NCBI RefSeq assembly: GCF_001194135.2
Contig: NC_068982.1
Location: 103,145,983 to 103,201,597, forward strand
From: Octopus bimaculoides
Lineage: Eukaryota
Direction: 5' to 3'
Length of the DNA stretch: 55,615 nt
Under the pieces are notes generated by a model. That model saw only the letters and a list, made by a program, of their open reading frames with translations. It was not told the DNA's origin and did no database searches. The position numbers and the translations under genes are program-made. This document shows, piece after piece, positions 38,333 through 53,981 of the stretch; within the stretch, counting starts at the first letter, position 1; every line of letters starts with the position of its first letter.

Positions 38333-41300
38333 GTGTGTTTGTTTGTATCTGTATATATATATATATATATATATGATACCAACCCTCTTCAGACCTAAGA
38401 TCAGTATATTTTATCATTTCATATTACAGAATTAACTAAATTACATCAAGCTTAAGATACATGTTTTTAAATAGATATTTTCTCCCATACTATATAATGC
38501 TATACCTATTTACATTTACTTACACTCATACAGTGTTCTTATCTAATATATACATACACATGCACACGCACACACAAACACACACACACACTCATCTATT
38601 CAATGAATAATTCTATTTTCATATTATCTTTTAATAATTTCCGGAATGAATTACACATTGTAAAGCATGTATACTGTGTATTTTATGAGTAAAAAGTCTT
38701 ATAGAAATCCATGAATGTTTTGCAAAATATCATGACAAAATGTCCTTCACCTCTGATTTCTTCCAGTGTAACTTATGAAGAAAATATATTCTATTTTTTC
38801 CCTCCTTAAATATAGATATATCTTCCCTATTATGATATAAGCCGCCTCATTGATTCTCATTACTTTTTTCTGAGAGTATTTCCAGTTGTTTGTGACAGTT
38901 TGGTATTGAGATAAATGCATTAGAATAGGTGTTTTATGCTATCTTAATTTGGTGTCTCATATTTGGGAGTTCAACTCCACCTGAGGTTAACTCATAGGCA
39001 TATTATATTTTGAGATTCATAAAGTAAATGTTAGTAAGTCTACTGGAGTAAGATAAATTTTGGATAAGAATGGTGTCAATCCTGAGATTTGAGTAGCAAC
39101 CAGTGAAATAGGAGCTTTCATTTTATATTATTATGTGTCAGTCATGTTCTTATTCTTGTTCTTATTAGTCCTTTCTGTTCTTTTGACTCTATTCTTCAGT
39201 ATTGTTTACAAAAGATAAAGACATCTGTAATAACTTCTTTTACAGTATTGTAATAAAATGTCTTGGCAAGAAACAAAATTTACTCAGTTTCATCATTCTA
39301 TTTCATGGATCTTAATTATTGTAAATAATGACTAGATATACAAAGCTAATCATGCATGACCTGTTTATGGTCAAGTTGAGATTTAAGAATAGAACTTCAT
39401 CTGTTCATGACTAAAGTCAGAAACCAATGGTGTTTACTTACAAATGAGGTGGTTGGATGTATATACATTTTACAAATCTTTATACATAGACTAATAGATT
39501 GTCATTAAAGTTTTAATATATATTTTCTCTTATCACTTTGTGATTTTAGTGTAGATTATCTCAGACTTACTGTAAAAAGTGGTCTCTGCCCAAAGATTTG
39601 TTGTGGTTCTTCTAAAGTCTTCTTTTTTTTTTAACCTGTTGAAATTTATTTGACTCCATGTATTGTAGTAAATTTTGTAGTAAATGTATTATAGTAAAAT
39701 TATTTAAAGTTCAAATATTCAAACAGGAACACTAAGTTTTCTACCTTTTAGACTTCTATTAACTACATACATGCTGAATGAACTCTTTCTATATTCCTGC
39801 ATTATTTGCCAGATTTCTTATATATTCACATACATGCATACATACACATACATTTTCATACATATGCATGCAATATTGTAGATTTATAATCAATTTGAAT
39901 TTCATGATTTGCAGTAATACTTTTTTTTAATATGAAGATATTTTAAAATTATTACATTTGAAATTGAAATTTTTTTCTAAGTAAAATGAAAAAGAATGAC
40001 AAATCCAAATCATGTTTGAAAACATTCCTATTTGCTATAAAATTATATTAGTTATTGATATCATAAATGCAGTATCATAATTTATTGTTAAAAGTAAACT
40101 TTGGTGTTTAACAAAAGAGGAATAAAAATTGTGATTATTTTCAAATTAATTATTCATACTTTGAAACAATTTCCAAAACAATAAATTACCATATCCACAC
40201 CCACAAAAACATTATGAAGATTCTGTACTTTTTCTACAATATTTTTTGATAAATGTAAAATAAACAAAACCACACTTTTTTTTTCTTTTAGTGGGGAAAA
40301 TATAGGCTGTGAAAAGTTTTTGTAAAAAATATTCTTGATTGTTAACTGATTATATTTACATGAGTTGTATGGTTAGTAATATACTCTGCTTTTAAATCCA
40401 GGCAAAGAACTTGGAATGATTCCCTGAAATCTGAAATAATTCCCAATGCAGTCTCTTATTTGATTTTTGGTTTGATTTTTTTTTTGTTTTGTTTTCTTTG
40501 TTTTTTGGGGGGTAGGGTTTTTCTAATTCTGTTAACTTTAAAAAAAATCTCTTTGCACGTTATTAAGAATGACTCTCAGAAGAATATGTAAGAATATATC
40601 TTACAAATTCAGTGAATGACCATTAACTTTTCAAGTATACATAATATATATATATTTTGGAGAGTCTTTTTTTTATTTTTAAGTTTAAAATCATATTTTT
40701 ATGTAATCAATTCCCAATAACACTTTCATTCAAAACCTGTTCCGGTGCTTTTCACTGATTTTTAAGGTATGAGATACTTAGCATATCTAATCTTTATGGT
40801 GTCTATAACTCTGGTCTTAACTGCTTTTATGCCCTCTGGTATACATCAAGAATATGGTAGGACGTGACCTGTGCTTAATTTAATTTTGTAGAAAGATAAT
40901 TAAATATTTATATTAATTATGAAGTATATGTGCAAAATTATATCTACCATAAATCAGGATAATCTTCACAATGCATACAGACACATATGCATACTCTGTA
41001 GAGATAAAGACATTTTTTTTCCTATCTATGAAACCTATTCTACCAGTTCTTAAATTACAAGGCCATAGAAACTGTGAAGTTGATATGTTGGATAAATTAA
41101 GACTTTATTGTTATGAGTTCAATATTTACAGCAGTCATTATGCTGTGCCTCAAGGCAACATAGATTTCTTTTTTTTTTTCAGTCTGCTTGGTTGACTACA
41201 GGTCCCTCTCCTACTTAATAGTTAATGGGTTAACAGTTAGAAGGCCATCCAGCTTTAAAAGACTTGTAAATGTCCAAATTTTCAAAAGCAATCCCATCCA

Positions 41301-42639
41301 TTATGTAAAACAATATATTATCCATACTGTCTTGTGTATTCATCTGGGAATGTATTCAAACCTATCTGTATATACATATGCACATATGATTACATGTATG
41401 CTCACATATTATTAGATATGCACTCAAATAATATATGCACATTAATTTACTTTTTCTGTATTCCTTAGTAAGCATACATACTCATATAAACACGCACACA
41501 CATAATTTCAAAAACATTTAGGATGAATACATGGTGCTTTTCTGTGCTAAAATATGGGTAAACTTAATCTGAGGCCCCAGATTCTCTTCTCGTTTTAAGT
41601 GTCTTCACTCTCTGCATTAATTCCTTCTAAAATGTTTTGAGCACTTCCTCCATATTTTAAGATACCTGACAAATTGATGCAAAAATAGTCAAGTAGATGG
41701 TCATTGAATTGAGATCCATTCATGTTAAATATACTTTGGTGTAGTGCTAATACAATTATCTAAAAGTGGTTGTGCTGTAAAGGCTTCTACTATAGCACAA
41801 GCCAAGTCAAAGGCTTGAATTGCAAGCTAGTGAAACATTTATTATGCAATACTCCTTCAGTGAGCTGTGCCTGTTCATAACACCTTTATAGAGCTAGTTA
41901 GACTAAGCCAGCAAATTTTGTATTGGCCAATGAAATCCCAATGATGGAATTTGAAATATCAGTCCTCCATCTGATAGTCTGACATCTTTTGACTTGACAG
42001 TTTTTTTATTAAAAAATTTGTGATAATTGAGAGAATATCCAACTCTATCAATAAATTATGTAAGTTCAGTATTCTCTTGCTGCAAAAGGTTTATCATTTT
42101 TTTGCCTTACACATATTATTTTATCTGATTAGATTACATTTAAAAATTTGTTAAAATAAAGTAAGAAGTGGACTAAAATTCTAACATATTTTGGTAAAAA
42201 TCTCCTAAAGAAGGAAAATAATATGTATTTTTATAATAATACGTATATTTATCTCATTCCAGCATGCTTAATTGGATGTTATAAAGCACTGTATAATAGA
42301 AACTGCAAGCTTATTCTGTTTAGATGTTAAGTATAGAAGAAGCAAAATTAGAAATGATGTTGAGTTTCTAGAACATTATTTCTAATACATCAACTACATA
42401 GTAGAACTGTAGTAGCCAAGTGAGTAATACCATAACTACTCAATCATGGCTCATGATTTCATGTCTCTAGAGAGAGTACATGTCTCAATTACATGTCTCT
42501 TTTCATGGAGCTTTTTGGAATTGTATTGTGTTCTTGAAATATTTACCTGTTGGAAAAATATTAGTATCCTATCCTGAGAATATTTAGTCTTCCTACACTT
42601 AATACTTCAGAAACTTTTTTTTTTTAATTTCTGTAAGTT

Positions 42640-43050
42640 AGTCAGAGTATGAGGAGCCATGTTCATGACCTTTGCAGGCCATCCTCCCACACATGTCAGA
42701 TTGATGAAATTGATGTTCAGCTTTAAAATCTCTAGGTCACTGTTGTTTGCAAGTGTGGACAGGATGAGAATTTTAGATGGTTACAGTTTCGGAGAAGAAG
42801 GGGAGGAGAGACAGGTGGGGTCAGACAGAGAAGCTATGCCACTAGCCAGTTCAGATGATCAAAGGCTTTTGTTAAAGTAATAGAAGTGGAAGAGAAAAGA
42901 ACCAACACATTTGTGCACCAGTGGTTGCAGTATGTTGATCAATGAGCCAATCAGCTGAGTGGCCTTCTTTTGGATGTAGTCTAGAGTGTTTGCCTATATA
43001 TGTGTATATGTAACAGCTGCACCGTCCCACAACTGTGAGCAGTAATCTTA
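42640..43050 (-). mobile_element. Decayed Jockey/CR1-type LINE ORF2 C-terminal relic
   Basis: The reverse strand gives DYCSQLWDGAA...ANTLDYIQKKATQLIG...LQPLVHK...LFHFYY...SSELAS with stops, resembling the YCSHIWDG/LDRIQKRA/LQPLxHRR/SSELA pattern. Confidence 0.65.
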
Positions 43051-43276
43051 TGTATGTGTCTTTCATGAAATATTTCCTGGTTAACTAGGATAAAGTCCTC
43101 ATGTAGTCTTACAGTTTGTTAAATAATTACCAAATTAGCTAAATATTACAACCATTGCTCAAAACCAAAATGAAACTGAAAGACAGCTTTGTGTTCTATG
43201 CAATAAATAACACATTTAAAACACAGGTATTAGTCTAATACAAAATTTTGATCATTAGCTTAACTGGACTTTCTGG

Positions 43277-43307
<31 letters not shown>

Positions 43308-46300
43308 TAGATTGATATGTATATATATATGCACATATCAATATATATGCATACACACATACACACACACTCTGTAAATACTCATTTTTTCTATATCTGG
43401 CTAGCTCTATAAATTTTGATAGTTTTGATTTGAATGAAAAATAAAAAGAAAAAAAATAAGTAAAAGTTCTATATATAAAATCAATAAAAGATAACTACTT
43501 TTTTATAGCTCTATTTTCATTTTTCACTTTTTTTTTCTAATAACCATTTTCTAATTCACTAATGCCTAAATTATAACAATAAGTATTAAACAAAGTTATT
43601 TTAGCGCTTCTGTTGTGCATAATTTAGTCTGTAATAAAGGGGGATATATATATGTATATATAATGGATTGATAGTGTAGTATGGTGTGATTGCAATTACA
43701 GAAAAAAAAAATGTATTCAAGACAGTGAAGTAGAGTGGAATAATAATTATTCAAATTTGAGTCAATGTAAGTCACTGCTTAGACTTTCACATTTCTGATC
43801 TTCAGATGAATGATTTTAAAATGTTACTAGCTTGTTTATATACACACCAGTTGTGGTTTCATACCAAGTTATTTTCAGTGGGTACTGGTACTAAATAGTC
43901 CCAACCACTGTGCCTATAATGAGGAGCATGAAACATCAAGTAGTAACTTACACAGATTCAATTTTGAATGTTGTGCGTGTGTGTGTGTGTGTGTGATAGT
44001 AGATAGATAAAAGATAGACAGGGCTGATGTTCAAAATTCAGTTCACTAATCATCATTGCATTGACTCTAGGCGAGGCTCAAAAATTTTTCTGCTTGCCTC
44101 AATCAACCTGAATGGTAATAGATATACACTGTTCACATTTACACACTTTATGGTTGAATGTGTTAGTTTTAGTAAGAGTGTTATTAATCAGTAAACATTT
44201 ATTAAAGCTCTTTGTCTTTTTTTTTTTAGCCTCAGTTGACCTAAAAATTAGACCGCTCAACACTCAAAATTTCTCAAGTAATTTATTCAAATATAAGGAA
44301 ATGCATACTGTTAAGCTAAACAACATTTCTTTTGTAACTCAATCCTGTTAAGATAGTGCTTTCTTTGATGAACTTGGTGTTGAACTGACTTGTTAGGATA
44401 TTGGAATATATATATTCTTTTGTAAATAAAAGTTAAGCCATGAGTCTGGTCAGCATAAGTGTGATTGGATACCCATTTGAAAAATTTGTGTTTGTATTGG
44501 TAGCTAGTTGTAGTGGTGATATTCTGTCAGGTTGTTAAAGTCTTGGGTAAACCTCTGAAATGAAATATCTTTATATGTAAATAAATTATTAGAAGCAATT
44601 CAGACGAACATGAAATTATAAGGATATGTATGTATCTGTTGGATGTTTTACTTGAAGAATCTTTTCAGAAAAGAATGAAAAAAAATAATCTATTTTTTAA
44701 TTGTTTTATTACTTAATTTGTGAAAATGTCCACCTTTCTCTTAAAACTTAATAGTACCAAACTATTCTGTACAGATAATGGTCATGTGAGTCATAGTAAA
44801 AATTTCTTTAAAAGACTATTATATTGGTACATTAAAAAGATTTAATGATTTTATTTCTAACATTTATGTTGCTTTTGATACCAGTTGGACTAACAAATGA
44901 TATAGTTTATATTTGTCACCATATACTACCTATTAGTTTAGAAAATAGTATTTTTAAGAAAAAAAAATCTGGTGCCATTATAATGTTACCAAAAAGTAAA
45001 ATTTTAAACCTCTAAAGATCTAAGTTTCCTAAAATTAATATACAGAATAAAACCCATACAAATACAACAAATTACTTTTGAAGAACAAAAATGGCTTTCT
45101 TTTGTATAAATAACTCTTCAATTTACATATGTTAATTCTAATTACTAATAGAAAAAAATCACTTAACCTCTTATTTATTGCTAGAATAATCTTACATTTT
45201 CCCAGCTACTGATGGTGCACTGACAAATGTCAAGTTTATAAGAGCTATGATAAAAGAATCTTCATAATGAAGCACACTGCTCTCTTCAAAACAGGAAAGT
45301 TTAAAAAAGAATGAAACTGAAATAATAGACTCCATGATAATAATTAAAATCATTTAACAGTAGCTCCTTTTATTACTACTATCTATTTTATTATTGCTAC
45401 TGCTATTAATTAGTCTGACTAATATTAAATATTCACCATTATTTTTATTTTAATACAAACATTCCTTTTTTTTTATTTTATATTTCACATTCTTTTTTAA
45501 AACTCTACCTTCAAAGTTGTTGCTATTTTATATAATTAAACTACATAACTACATTGTCATCATTCGTGTTTGTCTAAGCAAAGGACTAAATATAAATAGT
45601 ACCAGTCTTCTGCTTTGTCAGAAAGTTTATAAATATTCATTTTGTGATTTAAAATGCCCACTGAAAATTGCATCAACTCCTTTTGTCATTTCTTTCAAAC
45701 ACAAAAATTATTTTTTGCATAAAAATAAAAGCACCCAATTCCCCACCCCCATTCTTATTTCTGAATAATATCATCCAGCTTTGTTTTTCAACAATCTTGT
45801 GTTATTTCATGATTTAAATATCTTAATAGTTCTCACACATCTTACTAACATTTCGATTTGAAATATTGACAAAACTTCTTTTTTTTTTTCGGTCACCCTC
45901 AATAACCATGCAAAATTTGGTTCTCTATTGCACAAATTTGAAACTTATGTTAATTCATGCAATCATTAACTTTTAAAAAAAATGGACTAAATGCAAAATA
46001 ATTCACAGTTGGAAATAAGCCTCTCTAAATGGTATGAATTAAATACTATGTAAAATACTTGTTATTCCCATTTTTTAAATTCTAAGCAGTTAATTAAGTC
46101 TTCATTTATCNNNNNNNNNNNNNNNNNNNNNNNNNNNNNNNNNNNNNNNNNNNNNNNNNNNNNNNNNNNNNNNATATACATATATACATATATATATAAA
46201 CACACACACAAATTGTCTAGACTAATATGTATATATCTGTGTCTGAAATGTAGTGATATATTTTCATTTTAAAATATTCTTCACTCCTAAGTGTCTTCAT

Positions 46301-46640
46301 CTATGGATATGTTCCTTTTCCTGTCAAAAATAGTTATTAAATATTAAAGATTACTGAATGCAAATTAAAATTTTATATTGCTGTTTGCTGAAAATTGTTC
46401 TTTATCTTTATTGTTTAATCTCAACTAGGTTTCTTTATCAGTGAGATAATTTTGTTCTTGCTATGGTTAATTTGAGTAATTTGTTTCCAAAAATTCTATT
46501 TGGTTAGAATTATTCCATTTAAAAAGAGTTTATTTTTCATATTTTTATACTCCCAATTCTGATTTTATAAATTTGTTTTTGTTCTTAGTAATAACCCTAA
46601 AAATGAAGGTGAATAAGGAATATCTTATTTTGATTTGCTC

Positions 46641-46672
<32 letters not shown>

Positions 46673-48131
46673 TATACACATAAGTTTATACTGAAACTAT
46701 ATTTACCTGCTGAAATACACAATTCAAATAATGATTTACTTTATTAGTATTTTTTTTTTATTAATATTCTTCGAAATTTGAAGAAATCAATATGAAAATA
46801 GGAATTCTTATTTTACTAAGCTAGTGTTTCGTTTTCCTACCCATCCATTTGTAAGTTATAAAAAGAAAATTTTGAAATAGATTTAGAAACATTTTGAAAA
46901 TGAATTGTAACTTATACTAAAACCAACATGCTCTGTGACAGTGTCTCTAGATCATATTCTTTTCACTGTGCCACTCAACATGCTACTATTTAACTATTCG
47001 CCTTCATGTGGAAATAGTATAGGCTACATGTTATATATCCCAAAGCCACTTGCAACAGCAGACCTCTAACTTTTAATGTTTGTATAATATTAAGAGCATT
47101 TATAAGTTGTATATATGTAATGGTCATTTGAAGATGGGGAGGGCTGTTACACACCTAGATATACACCAACTGTCTATTGACTATGAATGGTTGCTAACTA
47201 CTTTCGTTCACCCCCAGTTGAAGGTTGACTGGAGTTTGCTGTATTCTGAAATTCATTTTAACCTCTGAAGCATTTTCCTAGTTGTTCGCAGTTATTTTGT
47301 GTATGTAACAAGTTCTTTATTGTCTAAGGTGTTATTATTACTTATCCCAAAACTTAGCCTTTTTGTTTTCTATTTTGACACATGACTAAGTAGTTAGGTA
47401 TTGGGTTCTTGACTCACAAGGATCATGAATTCCTATCCTGGCATTGCTCTGTGTTATTAGCCAAAAAAAAAAAATCATTAACTTGTGTATTGTTTTCTAG
47501 TTTACACTGATAAAGCCAAGACAGGGCATTTGAGTACCTCTTGTACTAAACAGGTGTTCATTGTTATTTATTCCCAAGATTAACTCTGCAAGAACAGATA
47601 AGCCAGTTGTTAAGGGCTATTCAATACAGGCAAAGTTGTGCTTTGCATTTCATCCACCTGAGGATGTACTAGTAAAATACTAGGTCACACCTTCTTTGCT
47701 TATGCTTTATTAAAACTTATTGTTTGAATTGAAATCAAGTTTGTTTGATACTCAACAAGAATTATTTCCTTTTTATTTGCTTTCTTTAATTTTCTCAATT
47801 TTTGTTTGCTTTCATTAACTTCTCAGTATTTACTGACCTATTACGAATTGTACATTTATTATTATTAGATGTCTTCTCAACTTTAGTGACATCTGATCAG
47901 GTAGACTACTAGAAGCCATACATACCACATTTGGTTGTACAAACAAGAAATAGAAGTACTCAATACAAAGAAGTAGAGTATATATTTTATGAGCTAAAAT
48001 TTTTGTCTTCATAATATATGGAAGTTGTTCATATATATGTATATATATATATATAAGATTCAGTTGAATTAGGTACTTAAGTTGAAGCACCAAGTCAGCC
48101 TGGTGTTACTGCACAGCTCGAAGTGTGTGTG

Positions 48132-48172
<41 letters not shown>

Positions 48173-48324
48173 ATCTGAAGCTCTTTTCTGTTTTTAATTC
48201 AAGTTTCTAGAAGAATGCAATATAAATGGGAAATCTAAACTAGTTAGAAGGCCTCAGTTTTGAATGAATAAACTCTGTTTCTTAAATTGAGTCCGAACAC
48301 ACATGCATGCACACNNNNNNNNNN

Positions 48325-48359
<35 letters not shown>

Positions 48360-51300
48360 TAGAAAGGTAGCTCAAAATGACTATAGATGTTGCAGATGAA
48401 CTGTCCTAAGATTTTTATTTCTTTTAGCAAGTGCTGATGTTGAAAAAAATCATGTCTTTGTCATAATTGTTATATTTTTCAAAGCAAAACCAAAAGTAGA
48501 AGAAGACAATGTATTTTCTTGATTGTCACTTATTTGATTATATTGACAACGTAAGTGGTTTTTGAACACCAAAAAATAGTTGTTAGAGCCAGCCAACATT
48601 CAGTTAAGATGACTATGGCCTAGCAACAATTCATCAAAATCTTGGTGATAACCTCACAGACTGTGCTTTCTATGCATATTAGTCTCATTAGAACCATTAT
48701 TGTTAGCTTTCTAGCTTATCATCTTAATGTTGAGCTGATTTCTGATTTGAAACTAGTGGTCCTATTACTAAAGTCAATAGGAATCACTTCTTGATTGTTA
48801 TCTCTGAGATTTGTTGATAGGTTTCTTTGCATTTTAATATGTAGAACAGGTGAATATCAGAGAGAACAACATTTCAATCACTTCTTACTAAAGAAAACAT
48901 TATCAAACGACTACTTCGCAGTGTGTGCCTCTCATTGTTATTCATAGATCTTGTTATAAGCAGCCACTTTCTTTCAAATTTTTATTATTTCAAATCTTTT
49001 TTCTGTTTTACTTTTATTTTTCCAAATACAAAACAACTTTCTGTGATAGTTTAAAATATTGTTCCTTGATTCATGCCTATTATAAAGTTGGTGTTAAATC
49101 TGAAACTTTTTTTGTCTGTGAATTCCTAGCCAAATTTTCTAACACCCCTGAACTATTTTCAGTCCAAATCAAGGGCTATTTTTGTTCTTATTGATTTTCT
49201 TTCCAGTGGATAAGAAAATCTTTCAAAAGAGAGGTACTAAAGACACAAACATTCAGTATATTTAAGATATTAGTATCAATTCTGGGTACTGTATATCTTA
49301 ATTCTCTTTATCATTCATTTCTCAGGAAATTGTTATATAGTTTTAAGAGTTATAGTCTTTTTATTGGTTCTGTGTAATTATAAAATTCAATATATAATTC
49401 TCCATTGACTACTCGATCAGATTGTTCTAGAATCTTGCATTTAGAAGTAAGGTCCAATTTGACAAATAGTTAATAGACTGATCAGCTTTACATCTGTAAA
49501 TTTAGTGTTTCATATGTTTAGAAAGGTATGAATATCACAATTTCCCATTCCCTACTCTCTGAACATATAAGCACACTCTTCCTAGTCAAACAAAGTAAAT
49601 GTTTAGACTACCAATTGTGTTCAGAATGTACTTGTAGCCTTACTTCATTTTGTAAAACAATATCTAATATGGAAGTTCTTGATATTACATTTAATTACCA
49701 AAACTGCACACTTGTACTGGCTTAAGGATTTTATACTTTATTCTTGTAAGAAATGAGGTCTTCATAAGAATACCATATCTAAGAAAGTGTTATGTGTTCC
49801 ATCACAAAGCACTCTTTTCACATTCTGGGTATCTATCTTTTAGATTTTAAATCTCTTTGTGTTGATTGATATTAAGTATTCAATAAATCTAAGTTGTCTA
49901 TTGTAGGTAATCTATAACTTTTGATATTGATGCATTCACATCTGTAAATTATATTTTCACTGCTGTTAGAAACATTGGCATTAAAAGATTCTTTCAAAGG
50001 TTAACTGATGAACATTTTCAAATCTTTTAGAAGTTCTTATGGTGTGTTGTTTCTATTTGGCTTTTCAAGCATTTAATCAATAATCGTTTATGGAATATTT
50101 CATTTCTAAATAATGCTTGTTATTCTCTTTAAATTCTTTCAAATTCTGGATGAGTTTAATAATCATAATACAAACCATCAATATTCTCGTTTTTTTTTCC
50201 TTTACCATATTCCTGCTTTCTTTTTTTTTACTTCCAATTGTAGAAACAAATAGTAAATCTAAAAGATAACAAATAACTAAATAATAATGATAATATTATT
50301 ATTATTATTATTATTATTGTAGTAGTAGTGGTAGTAGAAGTAGTAGTAATATCAAAAAAATAATCATTTAATCATTGTTAAATGTAACTTTAAACATTAA
50401 CCTCAAACTTACTTGCACACTAGTAAAATATTTGGCTAATATATACATTTGATTAAAAGCAGTTTTTTTTTAAACCAGGCCAAGTGAAGATATAACAGGC
50501 AGACAGACATGATCAATGACAGTTCTATAAATATTGTCATTGTTCTTTAGCTAATGGTATATTTTGTTTAAATATAACCAAAAGTCAATGCTCTAACACT
50601 TCACACTTCAATATTTTAGCAAAACCTATATACTTTGTTTTACTATGTTTTGTGACAATTCTTTGATTTTATAAGTTAGATTTTTTTTTGCATGTCTAGA
50701 GATTATTATAATTTAACCTAATATTTATTTTTATTTATTTTTTTTTCCTTTTTTAAATTTTATTTATATAGTACCATTTATTACTTTTCATTGAAAACAA
50801 TATATGGGTTGTGCTTGTTATTCTAATTTTTATCATCAGATAATCAGTTTTCAATAGTCAAAATCAACTGTCAAAAGCTATACTTTTTTTTTTTTTTTTT
50901 TTTTTTATAAAATGAGAAAAGGATTTACAATTGAATCCCTATAATTCCTTGTTGCTGAAATGAGGGCTTCTTTGTCATACGGGTTGAAAGACTTTGAGTG
51001 TACAACCAATGTATCTAATAATAATACACTTATTCTTACAATAAAAAGTACTAAGTGTGAATCAGATATTGGTTGTAAGTCATGTCCATAAAAAAAGAAG
51101 AAAAATTGTACAGGTCTTTCATATTTTTTCTTTTTGTATGCATATATATATGCATATGTATAAATATATACACACACACACACACACAATAATTATCACA
51201 TATATATAAGCACCAAACAAATTGTGTATACAAATTTATATATTATATATATATTTTTTTTCCACCAATCCAATATGGTCCATGTTTTAGTAGTTATAAT

Positions 51301-51410
51301 GCTTCTATAACAAATGCTATAAATATGAAAAATGTTTATTCTTTCCTTCCTTCGGGGAAATTATTTCCATTCCCCTGAAATAATGTGTTAGCATTTATGC
51401 TTGATATTTT

Positions 51411-51458
<48 letters not shown>

Positions 51459-52084
51459 TTTCCATCCAATTAATTAAAATGAAATTCTGTATCATGTAAT
51501 CAGTGTATATAAACAGCAACGGTAGTTAGTATTCAATTGTACAGATGATCTTTTAAAAAAAAAAAATGTAATAAAAAAAATATGTATCAAAGGACATTAA
51601 AAACAAACTGTTATGACATAAACATTTCTGGCAATGTTATGCTCTACCACCCCATTGTATATTCATTTAAATGATTTGTCAACTTTCTTTTTAATCATTT
51701 AATGTATATTGCTATAGTTTCTGTTATTATTCCTTTCTGTTTGTTTTGTATCTTTTTTATTATTTTGTTGTTCTTCCAATGCAGATTTAGACATGTCACC
51801 ATCAAAGAATTCATTACTTATCATTTTGATTTCAAATTTAGTTTAGTCCTTCTGTAATTTCTTAAGCTGAACTCTTGTTAAGCATGTAAACTATAATTTA
51901 TTTTATCAAAAGAAGTTATATATACTTCTATTGTTAAATCAAATGACTTTTTTTTTTTTCGGCTAGAGGCCTTTTTTTTTTTTTTTGCTTTTATCATATC
52001 CTGCTCCATAACAATGCATTACTTTATATATACATTTATATTCACTTATATATATTTGTATATACATGCATGTGTGTATATGTA

Positions 52085-52122
<38 letters not shown>

Positions 52123-53928
52123 CATACACACACAGAGACAAACACAAATTTTCTTTAAAATATGTGTATATATAATTGGATTTACCTTTATTAAATGAAA
52201 ATAGATAATAACAAATATGTATTAGATTTGAAACCATAAAAATTAAAAGCATATTATTGACATACCATTGTACATGACTTGGTATTAGAAAGAATGTGGT
52301 TATTATTATTGCTTTTTTGAATGAAAATAAGAAAGTTGATATAAAGAAGCCAAGTTGAATAGACTAAGAAGCTCCAAATGAAAATAATTTCATTGAGAAA
52401 TTTGTGATGTTAAAAGAAAAGAGATATTAATGATGGTAAAAATTGGGGAAAATGACTTTTGATGTTAATAACCTCGGTAGCAGCAGTGCAGGGCGGGGGG
52501 ATGTGGGAATGAAAATAAAATGGGGAAAAAGAGATCAAAAATTGATTTCTTATTTATTTTAAAAAATATATATATATAAAAATCTTTTTGAAAATTAATT
52601 TTGTCATGAAGGAAAAGATTTCTTGTGGGTTTTTTTTTTTTTGTTTTCTTTTACCTTGGACAAAAATCTAAATAAAGAATTGTGGGGAAAAAAAAAATTA
52701 AGAAAAAATTATTAATGTAAAAATCATTTCCTAATCCACTTACAGAAAAAAAAGAAAATAAAACAATATTATTGTAGAGACTTAAGCTTCAGTCCAACTC
52801 TTTGACAGTAGAATTAGATTAATAAATATTTCGATAAACCCAGCAAGATTTTTTTGTTTACATTTCAGATTTTTTGTTTGTTTGTTTGTTGTCTCCCCTT
52901 CCCACTATGTAGTCATTTTGGAAAAAAATAAGAAAAACCTTAAAAATCAAAACAAAAATAAACATTGTATTTTGTATTTGTGCAATATTTCTTATATGTG
53001 AATTTATTGTTTGAATAATTGTTGCCATGTATTGGTGATAAAGAAACAGTTCTCTATTTTCTATTTATGCATGGAACCTTTGAGATTTTTTTTTTTTTTC
53101 CTTTGCTTGCTTTCACAGTGTATTCTGTTTTTGTTTTTTGTTGTTTTTTTTTTCTGGTATTGCGTTGTTACTTTCTTTCATTATTCTACTGTAATATTGT
53201 TATAAATGCTGAAAAATCTTGGAATGCAAAAGTTTACAGGCTTGTTGAAAAAAGAAACTGAGGAACATATTCAAAATAATTTTTATAGGATTTTTTTTTT
53301 TTTTTAGCCACTGAAACAAAATGTATTATACAAGTTTGTTTATTTAATGTGTGTATGTGTGTGTGTGCGCGCGTGTNNNNNNNNNNNNNNNNNNNNNNNN
53401 NNNNNNNNNNNNNNNNNNNNNNNNNNNNNNNNNNNNNNNNNNNNNNNNNNNNNNNNNNNNNNNNNNNNNNNNNNNNNNNNNNNNNNNNNNNNNNNNNNNN
53501 NNNNNNNNNNNNNNNNNNNNNNNNNNNNNNNNNNNNNNNNNNNNNNNNNNNNNNNNNNNNNNNNNNNNNNNNNNNNNNNNNNNNNNNNNNNNNNNNNNNN
53601 NNNNNNNNNNNNNNNNNNNNNNNNNNNNNNNNNNNNNNNNNNNNNNNNNNNNNNNNNNNNNNNNNNNNNNNNNNNNNNNNNNNNNNNNNNNNNNNNNNNN
53701 NNNNNNNNNNNNNNNNNNNNNNNNNNNNNNNNNNNNNNNNNNNNNNNNNNNNNNNNNNNNNNNNNNNNNNNNNNNNNNNNNNNNNNNNNNNNNNNNNNNN
53801 NNNNNNNNNNNNNNNNNNNNNNNNNNNNNNNNNNNNNNNNNNNNNNNNNNNNNNNNNNNNNNNNNNNNNNNNNNNNNNNNNNNNNNNNNNNNNNNNNNNN
53901 NNNNNNNNNNNNNNNNNNNNNNNNNNNN

Positions 53929-53981
<53 letters not shown>

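Noticed and set aside
42460-42499. Three CATGTCTC repeats resembling p53 half-sites
   Set aside because: They mismatch RRRCWWGYYY and adjoin a decayed LINE end.
42659-42880. ORF starting MFMTFAGHPPTHV as a candidate CREBRF last exon
   Set aside because: It is the antisense of a LINE relic and has no suitable acceptor.
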